63,236 bases of DNA, filler included, from Sphacelaria rigidula (GCA_964200075.2; 10 parts of 10 records of this genome joined end to end with filler, not necessarily neighbours in it); one strand, 5' to 3'; shown: positions 13,422 through 26,097, counted from the whole stretch's first letter. The notes: generated from the letters alone by a model not told the origin. A program made the numbers and translations.

Positions 13422-14640
13422 CGCTCATATACGACTACACAGCTGTTCGGAGAACGGCGGCAGCGAGTGCACTGCCCGAATGGACTACAGGTTACTTCTT
13501 GGAGATCCTCGGTCGGCACTGAGGGAGCTCTAGGAGTCGTGGCGATGAAATCGCTTTCCTTCGGCTATATAAGCAATACCATACATATTAGACTCGATTC
13601 TCCTCACCTCATCTTGGGGTGTATTTTTTGTCATTATGCGAGAAACAGTCCTAGTTTGTGCGTAAACAACAAAAGCCGGGACGAGCAAAACTCACCTGAA
13701 CCTCCACGATGTACCAGGGTACATTGCTGTTTCCCTTGTAAATCCCCACCTCAGGCTTGTTCGGCTTGCGACTTAACTTCTGCTTGGTACCCCTGACGCT
13801 GTGGGCCCGGCCCCTTATTATGCTACGAGGCCTTTCTATTCTCCCGTTACTTCCTCTACTGGCCCCGATATTCCGTTCACGAGCACCGTTCCCCCTCCCC
13901 CGCCCAGATCCCCGGTTCATCGGAAATTCATCTCTGCTTGGGTTCAGTGCCTTGGCGGAGTTCCATGACTTCACCAACGGGTCACTTTGATCTATGCCCC
14001 CGCCTCCCCTATTCCGTTGTCCACCGCCATCACCACTCGCACCATTGCGTGATGCTTTCTTCTCGGACGGACTAGCGGACACGGTTGCCTCTCCTGCCGC
14101 TACCGCGCCAGCGGCTGCACCAATAGGACCCGGTCCGCGTTTCCGACCCGCCTTGAGCTCCGCGCGCCCGCTGTCTGGATAGTACTCGTCTCCTGAAGTA
14201 TCAATGTCGGGGCGTCGTGAAGCGCGAAGAGTGACGAGGGAGTTGCGGCGGCGGAATAGTTGAGGTGATGGTGGTGCTATCGGGCGTGATGAAGTTGCGG
14301 CAACGCTGGGTGTCGGAGTTCGCCGCTGTTTTGTACGGCGATTTGAGCTGATACTTGATGCCAGAGCCGCATGAAGACAGAATCCGCACCCACTGACGGC
14401 ATGGATTCTTCTGCTAGCTCCACTACCATCGATATCAATGCCAATGCCGACGCCGCCACGGCGCAGGAGGGGCAGACCGTGGACCTTGTGTGAGGTGTTA
14501 CTGCTGCGGCTGCCGCCGCCGTTGCTGTTGTTCCTAGGGTTATTGTGATGTTGCTTTGAGCTTCGAGTGGTCAAACCAACCAGGGCAAATCCAGGGCGAA
14601 GGAGACAGGAGCTCGCGAGTGCAGCCAGTAGGATGTGCAT
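13422..14640 (-). CDS. Hypothetical protein with signal peptide and transit-peptide-like leader (probably plastid-targeted); exons 14640-13696 and 13564-13422; 3' incomplete
   Basis: ATG at 14640 gives MHILLAALASSCLLRPGFA-LVGL followed by an S/R/N-rich stretch. The 315-codon exon ends at CAG|GTGAGT. A phase-compatible second exon follows tatatag| (PKESDFIATTPRAPSVPTEDLQEVTCSPFGQCTRCRRSPNSCVVVYER) and ends at |GTGCGT. Confidence 0.7.
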
Positions 14641-15967
14641 ACTATACCCAGCTCTGCGTTGGCTGGGCACATAGCGGCTGAGCAACAAGCGTAGACAAGC
14701 CGCCCGGCGATTCTGCTACGAGTTTGTCATAATTTAGTTTTGTACATATCATGTTAGATTCCGCAGGTCTGATCTCTGAAAATCGGCAGGAGAAAGAAGT
14801 AATTGTAACCACATCAAGGTCACAGAAGTGGTTAAAACATTCTCTTTGTTAGTACTGTCTCAGTATTATACATTTTTTTGCATGTTTCATGGTCGAGAAA
14901 GCTCTCGAAAGAAAGTATACTCCTTCTGTACCGTGTGTATTCGATAAGGATTGTTTCCGCTGCGGGTCTGAGCATTATTTTCAGATAGACTGGTCTAATT
15001 AACCAGAGAGCATCTAGCACTAGCAGAGGGCGCGGGTGTGAAGTGGCCGCACCTGCGAGAATTGGCCAGGAGATGATTTCTACACGAGTGGGAAAAGCAT
15101 TGGTTGCTGCAACATGTCGAAGCTCCTCAGGTGATGGCAGCTCAAAGATCATCGCCGTGTGTTTGACCTTTAACAGCTGCGAAGCTCTGAGCACAAGCCC
15201 TTCTCCTTCCGTGTCTTGTAGTCTGCTGAATCGTCAGCGAACTTCCGACAACCGACTCTATGAAATCACCGGGCATAATGCAGCACAGACACAGATAGTA
15301 CAGTGTGGCGGCAGTACCTCTGCTATGGATACAAGATGTGTTCGCGTACTGGGTTTAGTGGACTGTATACGACACGCGAATCCATGCTCTTTTTTCATGC
15401 CGCATGCCGTCTTGTTTGCGCACACACGACTCTTCAACCAGAACTCCTGCCGCAAGGATATGATGCATGTCGTCATGATACTGCCCCTCGGTCAGTAGAT
15501 TAGGCTGTTCGACGTGGGAGAACTGACAAACTTTGCTATCGGCGACAGGGCGCGACTGATACTGCTAGTCAGCAGGTCGTACAGTGGTGGAGGAACTGCA
15601 CACTTACGTACACGCGCCGTTGATACCAGCACAAGCAACGCACAACAGGGTACAGTTACGCCCAGTGCAACGTAACTGCTTCCACGTATGTCCCTACCCG
15701 GCAGGCTCCAATCCAGGGTATTGCTCAAGTTGGTTACTCTGAGCTGATGCATGGGCCACACCGACAAGCTATCGCAATACGCACTGCGTTGGCAGCTACA
15801 CGTGCACTGGCCACAAAATATATCGTTGGGTTAATCGAGATGCAGTCTTCGCTCGTAGTGTGGGGAGCACCGTAGTTTTCGAGAAATCTCCCTCAAAACT
15901 AACATCGCCAACGGTACGGCCCCCTACGAGTATACAACAGTGACGAGCCACGGACTACCTGCCTTAA

Positions 15968-16120
15968 CCCTTAGACCGCGAGATTAGTCTTTCTGGATTA
16001 TGCATACTTTTTTTCAGGTTAACCCTTAGACCGCGAGGGTAGTCTTCTGTTGAGTCGGCATCAATTTCAAGTGAAACAAAGTATGCATGATCCAGGAAGA
16101 CTAATCTCGCGGTCTAAGAG
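15968..16120. mobile_element. piggyBac-like MITE with TTAA target-site duplication
   Basis: TTAA|CCCTTAGACCGCGAGATTAGTCTT...AAGACTAATCTCGCGGTCTAAGAG|TTAA, with a ~43-bp TIR. Relatives at 24411-24516, 62780-62877 and 20351-20376 (one end only). Confidence 0.85.
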
Positions 16121-17694
16121 TTAACAGGTGTCTCGCCACCTTAGCAGGCGAATCCTTATGGAAAATGAAGCGTATTTCCGTGAGACTAATGACGAAATGA
16201 TGTTCCGCAAGTTCATGATCACCATAAGTCACGCACCGTTCCAATGCAGGGGGCAAAAAATATCGCGATACGTACTGAACTGCAGTGACGGTACGACACG
16301 CGAACAGACCAGCGATTTCCGCTTGAGCAGGGAGGCAATCACGCGCAAGGTGCACGGACATTGTCGCAGGTCGAAACGCGGACCGCCTCCCGCACGAGAA
16401 GGAGAAGAAGATGCAGCAGCAGCAGCAGCATATTTACTAGCAGCAGATCTGTATGGTAGGGGGTGAGGAGAAATCAGCCGGTGCCGATACTGCTGCTGCT
16501 GCTGCTCTCCCTCGTGCGAGAGACTGTCAGCGTTTCGACCGTGCGACAACGCCCACGCACCTTACGCGTGACTGCTACCCTGCTGGGAATCGCTGGTCCG
16601 TACTACCCGCCGATGGGTCCATGCTCGCTCACTGGGCGAAGTGCTGAGAGATATAGCTGTGCGCATCTGTCTTCGGGAGCTGTACACACTTCGGGTGTGT
16701 AAAAAAGTGTGGCTACTGCTGGTGATGGGAAAGTCAGCTGTGCACCCCATGAGCCGAACAGCCCACGCTGTGCAACCATGTGACGTTCCTCTTCACATTC
16801 TCACGCGAATGTTCATCCGCTGTCCCCAAATGATTAATTTCCGTGAGAGCGATTTCGGCGGAGATGATACTCTGGCATAAACGGTCGACCAATCGGAAGA
16901 ACCAAAGAGAAAAACTCAAACCTCCAGCATCACTGTCACTCGAGTTACAGCTTTAGCCCTTAGATAGCAAGCGTCGCCTCGGAACAGTTTCACATGCTGA
17001 CAGTCCGGAGACATTCGGGGGTTTCCGGTGGCCGAGGGGGGGCGTCTGTCCCCAGACCCGCCGAAGAGCTCACGAAGTCAACCATGTGTGTTCGGAAGTT
17101 TCCCGCGGAGGCTTATGAGCCAGGAACGAGGCCCGAGAGGCGCGGGATGGCCATTCTGACCAATCACGGCCGTCAAAATGTGTACGTTGTTCCCCTACGA
17201 GTACAGGTGGACTACTTCGCTGTCTACCAGTATTTCTCATTTCTGTCGTGGCAACTCAACCTTACATTACATGGGTACAAAAAAATTGCTTTGTACTCCG
17301 CTCGAGATCTGTGCCGCCTGTCGGACGCCTCATGTGTTGCCAGCATAGCGTCATACTGTAGTGTTGTTGTGGAACACTAAGCAGAGGCATGAGCAACATG
17401 CACTGAATGGTGTTCAGTGGAGAGCGATGGCACGCTGACTGTTTCTTGCCCTTGTATCCAGCGGAGACATACCGCACACACACTGACTCTGTACGCTATT
17501 GACTGTATGGTCAAAATCGGTCAGGGGTTTTCCGGAACTGTTTCTATTGACGCCCAGCATCCACATCATCATGAAAAAAAGGCTTTCGTGTAGCAAGAAA
17601 GGAGCTGTTCTGAACCCCAAATGTGGCATAGTCCACCTCACTCCATCTGCGCGCGGGGGAGGGGGGGGGGTTCTGTCCAAGGGTTAAAAAAGGT

Positions 17695-17989
17695 GTGTTT
17701 ACCACTTGGTCGATGAGAACTTTTTCGGAAACATATTATATCGGACTAACACTAAGGCTAACCCTAGCCCTAACCTCAACCCAAGGCATACCGAGAACCC
17801 TCGGGCAAAGTGTGGCGTTGGCAGACCTCGAATCGGGGTTGCAGGCGCCGATTTTGCCAAAAACACTTTCTGCGCACGCCAGGAGCGGTTAGGGCTGTCA
17901 CCCCTACTAAAGATCCGAATATCGGTGTTTACACTCAAACCAAGCGATTCAATTCTGGGAAGGTGTCTCATCGACCAAGTGGTGAAGAC
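17695..17989. mobile_element. MITE-like TIR element with internal degenerate CCCTAA repeats
   Basis: TIR ACCACTTGGTCGATGAGA / TCTCATCGACCAAGTGGT; internal ctaacactaaggctaaccctagccctaacctcaaccc. Confidence 0.7.
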
Positions 17990-18424
17990 TACTGCGTTAA
18001 AACGAGTCCTTACCGCAGGATACACTACCTGGACTGTGTACTTCATATGCAAGCGTTTGTCCTTGCGTCCATTAACACGTGGGGAGCGACTTCCTTTTTC
18101 ACCAACCTAAAACCAGCCAATCCGTTCATTCATTCATTTATTTGTTGTTATCATCTAATCAGTCGGTACCCGTCATACTATTCACAAGCTTCGACACACG
18201 CACGCACACGCACACGCACGACGCATCATGTCTTTTTTATTTCAAGGCTTGGCAACAGCCGCGCTGCGGAGGAGCCTTGTCAGCTCGGCGCCCTCAACGG
18301 GAGCGGTGCGAATGGTACGTGGATCAACCGTACCTTCGTCACGCTCCAGCGTACCGGCAGCACAGGTTGGTCAGCAGCTGTAGGCGGCATGTGGACTCAT
18401 GAGCCCCGGAGTCATCCTACAATA

Positions 18425-18502
18425 GGGGGGGGGGGGCGTACTCATTTGTTGTTTGCCTTAGTCGTTTGACCATTGACCACGCATCCCTTTCGAGACGGAG
18501 CA
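18425..18502 (-). mobile_element. Poly(C)-tailed short retroposon, subfamily A
   Basis: Near-identical to 43017-43101; no clear TSD. Confidence 0.8.
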
Positions 18503-19002
18503 TGACCTAACACGCTCGCGGTGCGCTTGAATTTGGGTAGAAATTGTGTCAAGCAGTATAAACAAGCATTATTTATAGGTAAGGAGCGCGTTTGAATAAC
18601 CGTTGCTGTCTTCGACGATTTGACTTGGAATTTCGTGGAAGAAATGACCCCCCCGCCTGCTTTTATTTGTCAATACGTTTGACCCCCTTTATAGACTGAG
18701 GGGTAGGTACGGTACGAGAGTAGCGCAGCCAACCGCAGTCATGATCCGAGAGATGGTCTCCTGGGGGAGGAGGTTGAAGTCATGGTGGAGTATGACATGT
18801 GGGGGAAGAGGGTGACATGCGTATGAGTCAAAAAGTTGTACGAGCTGGGCCAGCCTAAAAACGGATTTATGCTTTAAAAGCAATATCTCATTGAAACAGA
18901 GGNNNNNNNNNNNNNNNNNNNNNNNNNNNNNNNNNNNNNNNNNNNNTTAATTAATTAANNNNNNNNNNNNNNNNNNNNNNNNNNNNNNNNNNNNNNNNNN
19001 NN

Positions 19003-19073
19003 CCGTCCCGGCTTTTGTAGGGATGCGAGGTCAATGGTCTTGTGACTATGGCATGCATGATCATGAGTACACC
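19003..19073 (+). mobile_element. Poly(C)-tailed short retroposon, subfamily B (at contig start, short tail)
   Basis: CCGTCCCGGCTTTTGTAGGGATGCGAGGTCAATGGTCTTGTGACTATGGCATGCATGATCATGAGTACACCC. Confidence 0.7.
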
Positions 19074-19796
19074 CTTCACATGAAGAATATATATATTTTC
19101 CGCTAGATTAATGCATCGATTGCCTGGACTGCAGTATAAACCTGTCATACATACATGCATACATACGTAAGTACGCCTACCTTTGACGGCCGAGATGAAC
19201 TATCTTATTTGTCCATGTATACATGTATACGTATGTAGAACCACGCGTACCCGATATAGTTTCGTCTGCGAAATGCCGGGACAACACAAGCCGGCGTCCA
19301 ATCATGTTCATAATCTGTTGTGTATACAGAATGTGTTGTGCGAATGACCAAGCATTTGGAAATTGAAGATTGAACATGAAGACGAAAAGAAAAAAGGAGA
19401 CGTGCAAATATGACGGTCAAAAACGAGTGAACGACACACTGTAAAGGAAGTAACGTTACACGATGAGATAATGCGCCTACGCTCAGACATACGACGGGCC
19501 ACCGGCAGCGTCACGTATACGGTGACATCACGCGTCACACGACGCGTTACAAGCCTTGAACACTGGTAAATGAGCCGCGACATGCACATAATGAAACGTT
19601 ACGTTCGAACATTACAGGTGTCAATTAAACGGTGAATTAGACGTTACACGTTCCATGAAGCGATTCATATCACGTTACATGTAACGAAACATAACGTTGA
19701 TTTTTTTTCACGTGCCAAACGTAACGTGAACGTGAAATTTCACAAACGTGATGATAGTAACGTACACGTTCGTACTGTGAATAACCAGACAGGGGG

Positions 19797-19960
19797 GGGA
19801 GGGGGGGGGGGGGGGGGGGTGGTGTTGTGTTGGTTGTTTTTTCCTTTTGCGGGGGCAGAGGGGGGTGGGGTGGGGGGGGGNNNNNNNNNTGGGGCGTACT
19901 CATTTGTTGCTTGCCTTATTCATTTGACCATTGACCACGCATCCCTTTCGAGACGGAGCA
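19797..19960 (-). mobile_element. Poly(C)-tailed short retroposon, subfamily A, with 16-bp TSD
   Basis: The body is 19891-19960. ATAACCAGACAGGGGG is duplicated at 19781-19796 and 19961-19976. The tail region is poorly resolved (contains Ns). Confidence 0.85.
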
Positions 19961-21950
19961 ATAACCAGACAGGGGGCTGAGGAGGAAACGTCGAACGAGA
20001 TATCTGAGGACTAACTTCATTTCCGTGCGTGCGTGTGTTGATGTGTAATGCACTCCCACGTATCATACTGAAGAAAGCGCCGCCGTTCATGTACATGGCT
20101 GCCCAGGCAACCCCAAGATAAAGAGCACGGCCAACAGCTGCATCATTGTGACTGAACGATGCTCTTCTCTTGGTCTGTTGTGTTGATTGTATCGGTACCG
20201 CCACATGCGCCGTACCGTCTCTACAGCCTCCGTCCGTTGCGACTTGATCTTGTACCTCGGGAATAAACGGACAAGTGTCGCTCATCCCAGAGCCGGTCAT
20301 ATGTCGTATCGGCATAATTTTCACATGGAAAGTGAATGTAAGGAACCAAGATGACCTACCCTCGCGGTCGAAGGGTTCAAATTCTTTCTCCACCCCGCTC
20401 AAATTTCGACTCGTATTGGTGCGATGATTTGAACGTCGGCGCAGTTGTTCACGTGCCCTCACGCACCCGCTCATTCATGACATATCATGTGACGGTCACG
20501 TTTCGCCTGTTTGCTTGTGCTTCACGTCCAGCTACAGCGTCGCCATGTTGGCTACGGTTGGCAGCGGAGGCGCTATTCGGGTGTACTACTGCTGCACATA
20601 TGTGAGTACATCCGGTTCTCCGCATTCAATTCGCCTCTGGTGTTGGCAGTTCGGTGAGTGTAGAGTACCTGCTATCACTCGGTGTTCACCCGGAGTATTT
20701 GATCCCACCCTGGGACAGTGGCGTCCACAGCGTGATATACCACCTTAGCAAGGGCACGTTCCATCGCTGAGGCTGCATGCTTCCGCGTTGCAAGTGACTG
20801 GGCCGTGGCGGTCATGGCAGTTCAATGTTTCCTCTTTTGAGCTGCTCAGCAACACGCTGTGTGCACGCACTCGTTCACCCGCCCCCCGGTTCAAGGCTTT
20901 TGCTCTACCTGATGGTCGTCGTTTTCATGCTTTTGTCTGACCAACGAATACTTGATGCACAGGCGAATTGGACTACGGCAAAACGACGAGCAGGCGGCAC
21001 GGGGGAAGAGTAAGCATGCCCAAAGAGCCATGCGCGTAGCTCATGATGAGACATCGGGGAATGGAGGAAGGGTGTGACACTACGCTCATGTTAGGGGGGG
21101 CTGGGGACGCTGGCAAACCCAGGTACTCTACTCCAACGGTGCACGAAATTGAAGGCAATAAACAGTACGTGGATGTAAAGATCGGGCCGCTGGACCGAGA
21201 GGAAGGAATGTCACGGCCTAATCCATTGTCTCTTTTACCACGACGGGGGGGGGGGAGTGTACGCAATGTAGACACACGATGTGGTGCTTTCTTGTTCGCA
21301 GCCACGAACACGTCCGTTTTGGTGTGTTTCTTCTTTGCTAACTCAGTTACGCTGCTAGTTTACCGGTCCATCAATCAATCGCCGCGAACGTTTTATGTGG
21401 ATCTTCGATTACATCATGCCAACTCGTGCGGTTGGTACGTGATCCGAGAAAGTAGTGCCCTTAGCGAGCTTATTTCTACAGCGCACTCACAAATGGCCCT
21501 AGGCTCAAATCCAGCGAATTTCTTCTGTCTTGTAATACCAGCCCCTGACTTGTAGGTTCGGGCAGCGGAGGGTGCAGGCTCGGCCCACGAGAGCTCTCGC
21601 GAACGGGCGACATGGAGGGAGCGCGGCCGATGGAGGGGGCTGGACTGTCCGACACTAACCTCCGAGAGAAATGAAGGGAGCGAAAAGCCACCACCATGTT
21701 GTGTCTCGAGCGGTGGAGACATATTTTTGGAATAGAAAGCCGCTGTTTCTCGTTGGTTGTTATCAGTAGACTGAAGTAGTTCCTAGACTCACGGCAGTGG
21801 CCGAGTGGGTTGGTCGGTCTGTGGGTCGGTCGAAATGAAGCAATACAAGATGTCTGGGGCGGTGAGACTACTGGGATGCGTGATGGGCGTACGCCGCGAC
21901 TGCTGAACCATCCACTGCGCAGTGTGTTGGTCTTGTGCGAAGAGGAGGAG

Positions 21951-22032
21951 GGGGGGGGTTGTACTCATGACCTTGCATGCTGTAGTCACGTGACCACTGA
22001 CCTCGTGTCCCCACGAAGCAGGGACGGGAGCA
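21951..22032 (-). mobile_element. Poly(C)-tailed short retroposon, subfamily B, full length
   Basis: Minus strand TGCTCCCGTCCCTGCTTCGTGGGGACACGAGGTCAGTGGTCACGTGACTACAGCATGCAAGGTCATGAGTACAACCCCCCCC. Confidence 0.7.
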
Positions 22033-22237
22033 CGCCAGATTTTCGCCGGACCAGGCTCGCAATCAATCACCAAGCGCGAAACGCCGTGATGTGTTGGGCA
22101 ACTCGCATGAAGGGTGGGCTGCATCCTGCTAAGATCGCTCGGCCCGGAGCGTACCAATTATCTCGCATTTGGATGGCATCGTCCGATGAGTTGCTTCATT
22201 TTCTGGTATCGCCACTCCCAAAGAGGAGTAGTAGGGA

Positions 22238-22315
22238 GGGGGGGTGAGGGGTATACTCGTTTGTTGGTTGCCTTAGTCGTTTGACCATCGACCACGTTAC
22301 CATTTCGAGACGGAG
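22238..22315 (-). mobile_element. Poly(C)-tailed short retroposon, subfamily A, diverged copy
   Basis: gtatactcgtttgttggttgccttagtcgtttgaccatcgaccacg...tttcgagacggag, preceded by a G-run. Confidence 0.7.
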
Positions 22316-23527
22316 GAGGGGGAGGAGGAGGGACCTGCTGGGGTTGTCGAGCCAGTACACGCTTACCCGCGTTTGAGCCTTTTTCTTACCTCAGTAGTGC
22401 GTCTTATCTACTATGACCACGTGTGAATTGCTCTTGTTCAGCTCGTTTTCATCACGTGAAAGGGTTTTTTCTTGATGGAATTTTTCGAAGAGTCGAGGCT
22501 TTCGCCCCGTCTGGCGGGCTGGTTCACGCCTATCACCCAAAATTGTGTCGTCAGGAAATGCCTTTCGCAATACCTACCCTGTAGTCGCATACACATGATA
22601 TCATACTGACCACCATAGACAGCTGAAGAGCGTGACAGGGCCGGATGTGTGGTTGAGGCTATAATGGTGGCGCTAAGGACGAAAAGGTACCTCGACCAAT
22701 GGACACCCTCCGGATTGTTGTGAAACCAGAATGACGAATTCCGAGCCCAATTTTCGCCCAATCCCCACATGCTTCAAATCGTGGTAACCGCCATCAGCTC
22801 GGGAATCTACAATAACGGAGAAGAGAAAAAACACAGTTCTAAGTATATGGAAAAAGTCACTACGGGGTCGGATAATACCCGAAGCCGTGATGTTTCGGTG
22901 ATGCGGGGTTCTGGGGTCGTCTAATTTCCACTGATGACCCTTCGCGAGGCCCGATAGGCTTTCTGTCGTGCCGGCCACTGCAGCCCTTGATATCCCTGAG
23001 TAGGATATCGACGTGAACCTGTAAGCACACACCGATGATGCAGGCGAAGAAAAGCACACATGGAATGAAAAATCGGCCAGGTTGAAGCGAATAATAGAAC
23101 CCACTCTCAATAAGCGCTCTATCCTCATTCTCACGAAAACAGTGTTGTAGCTGTAAGCACACGCCAGTGATCGAGGCAAAGAAGAGCATACAAGAAATGG
23201 AAAAAAGGTCAAGTCAACGCAAATGATCAAGGCCACTCTCAATCAGCGCTCTACTCTCAATCTCACGAACACGATGTTGGACGAGGTTTTCTACTTGTGG
23301 ACCTTCTTACCGTTTTTCGGGAGTCCGACAAGATCCAAGTCGTTTTTTCGAGTTACAGAGCGCGACAGATGTGAAGAATTTGGTATTACAGAATCTCAGG
23401 CTCGTTTTTTGAGAAAACTAGGGAGTTGACGGTAAGCATTTGTGCTGAACTCAAGGGGAGAACAAGAACTAGAAACCGTAAAGTGCAAGGGGGTCGGCAG
23501 GTAAGAATCTGCAAAAATGCACTGCAC

Positions 23528-24161
23528 CTGAAAATCATAAGAAACTGCCTTCACAACCACCATGGCTACATCAGGCCCCGAATCAAGCTGCTTCCTCTCT
23601 TTAACTGGCAGACAACGGTGATCTCTACTGGGCCACCCCATGGATAACGACAATCTGTACGATACTCGAACAGTGCTGTACTTATTTTTTTATGATTTCG
23701 CTTCCGGTACAAGACTGGTTTACGTACTGCTTATTATGCTGGCACACGGGACAGTACGGTACCTGCAGTCCCTTTTGGCAGAGGGCTTCACCAGAGTCTA
23801 CTGGCAAACAGCAGATGGGGGGGTACGGTCGGAAGGGGCGGGCAGAACAGCCAGCGCGGAGATCCCGATACAGGCCGGAAAAACCGGGCAGTCAGTAGCA
23901 AGGGAGGGGGGGGGGGGGGGGTATTAACGCCCAACGTGCGTAATATAGACCATGTCAATTGAGTGGCTGTTCTGGCTACAGTAGTACAGTGTTACCGCAG
24001 TTTTGTAGTCGTCGGAGGTGGGCAACACGAACCTCTATCCCTGCAGTCCTGGAGAGCTTCGTCACATTACGAAAATGTAGTGAAATACAGTATGAGTGAT
24101 ATATGCAATGAGCCAAACATGATTCTCGACAATCGCTTAGGGAAAATGCTGTATTGGATGC
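23528..24161 (-). CDS. Possible internal exons of an unknown gene (24161-24033, 23797-23763, 23654-23528)
   Basis: Three AG/GT-bounded segments join with compatible phases (0,2,0) into a stop-free peptide: ASNTAFSLSDCRESCLAHCIYHSYCISLHFRNVTKLSRTAGIE-TLVKPSAKRDCR-LSLSMGWPSRDHRCLPVKERKQLDSGPDVAMVVVKAVSYDFQ. No family recognised. Confidence 0.4.
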
Positions 24162-26097
24162 CTGTGCAAAATAAGAATATCAAAATTAAGCATTTGGCGT
24201 TTTGCAACTCTTCGAACAATAAGAAATTGAATTGAAGCATTTCTGCTGGAATCGAAGAAAAAGTATGACCCGAGCCTCGCTCAAAAAAGAGTTCCTCAAC
24301 CCTTTTGAAACTCATTGATGATTTTTGTTTTTGTAAATCGGCATCGGTTGGAGTCAAAATGAGGCCGATTCACAAAAACAAAAATCGTCACTGGGTTCCA
24401 AAAGGGTCAACCCTTAGACCGCGGTGCGGGTAATACATCTAGATCACGCATCCCTTTTTCGAGTGAAATATTGATGCCGATGCAGCAGGTGACCTACCCT
24501 CCTCGCGGTCAAAGGGTAAACATCTGTCGCGTTTTGCAGTCTCCAGTAGTAGTTGGCGACCCCGAAAAAGCGACACTGCGATCTTTTTTCTTGTCTTTTT
24601 TGGCAAACGAGCTGGCGTCGCATAACCCAAGGAAAGGCCCAGCAAAGTTTCGTGGGCAACCTCGATTATCAAGCGATGCTTGAATTTTCGTGTTTACGTC
24701 AAAGAAGACCCCAAAACACCGTTTACTTACTAAAATCAAGTAGTTTGCGGTTTTCCCCGCGGCACGGAAAAAGTTCATCGCACAAGCTTGCTAAAGTTCA
24801 CGGCGTTTTAAGGAGTCTTGAGGAGTTAGATCCTGAAATATTGCACAAATGTGCTATGCTTCATTACGCAACTTTGAATGGACGAGGTTTGATTCACTTT
24901 TTGTTGTACCGTTTTCGGAGGTCCGGCGGGGTCCAAGGTCCCCCGAAATACCTGCGATCTCCGATAAAAAATGGTGAAAAGACACAAAAAGTAAAGAAGA
25001 AAAAAACTCGATCTCCGAAAGTTGTGCAATGACCTGCAGCACATTTATTCGTGCAAAAAAAGTTGCAGGGTCTAAAGATCATCGTTTATGGCAACGAATC
25101 TCGATTGGTAAAAATGTGAGGATTTCAGTCCGTCTACAGGCGATTTTCTCCTGTGGGTTGATTTTTCCAAGGCTCCTCTCGTGAACGATTTGTCACTTCG
25201 GGAACGTTCCGTACGGGAACCAGCCACCACGGTAATNNNNNNNNNNNNNNNNNNNNNNNNNNNNNNNNNNNNNNNNNNNNTTAATTAATTAANNNNNNNN
25301 NNNNNNNNNNNNNNNNNNNNNNNNNNNNNNNNNNNNAAGTGGGCTAGGCTCCTCTCTATGAGGCGATGCAAAGTGTCCAAGACGTGTGTTGGCGATTTTC
25401 CCTGTTTGGGGGTCAAAAAGTGGCTCAAACGCAATAAAAGTGAACAATCCGTGGGTCAAGAATCTGTATGCCTTAACATCCGGCCTAAGGGGCATCTTAC
25501 TGATATAATACCTGAAAACCGATTATTGCTTTTCACTCATGAAAAAAAACCTTGTGTGCACTGGTGATTGTTTTTATATTTTACCCAATATATTGTACAT
25601 ACCATTTTTCAAGATCCTACTCTTTAGTACAATAGGCCGTTTAGTGACGGGGTCAGAACAAATTCGGAACAGTATCTTGCAGGCCACTTACCGGCCCACG
25701 TTTGGTGTTTGTGTATTGAAACTTTGTATGGGCCGCGTGGCTAGGGCATAATTGACGAAACAAAGTGGGTCAGGTTGATTTTTTTCACCTTCACTGGTTT
25801 AAGGCGTTTTGGGATGAAAACCGCCATTTTTTACGAGAACGTCCGGACCTCTTCCCCCCCCCCCAAACAAACTGAGGGCCTATTTTTGTCTTTATTCTGC
25901 ACACCTCTGGTTATTTATCCTGAGTTTGAAATCGCAATTCTAGAAATTAAGCTAAATAATTGAGATGAGGCCCAAGAGCAGTTTTCATTTTTTCTCAAAA
26001 TTGCCCCAAAAACCCGAAAAAAATGAAAGCTGCATTTAAAAGCTTCATTACAGGCTGGGTCGGCCAAGACGCGAATTTGTGGTTTACAGACCCTGTC

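Noticed and set aside
13696..13730. WYIVEVQ resembling the NusG N-terminal motif
   Set aside because: The in-phase next exon does not continue as a NusG NGN domain, and the motif is too short.
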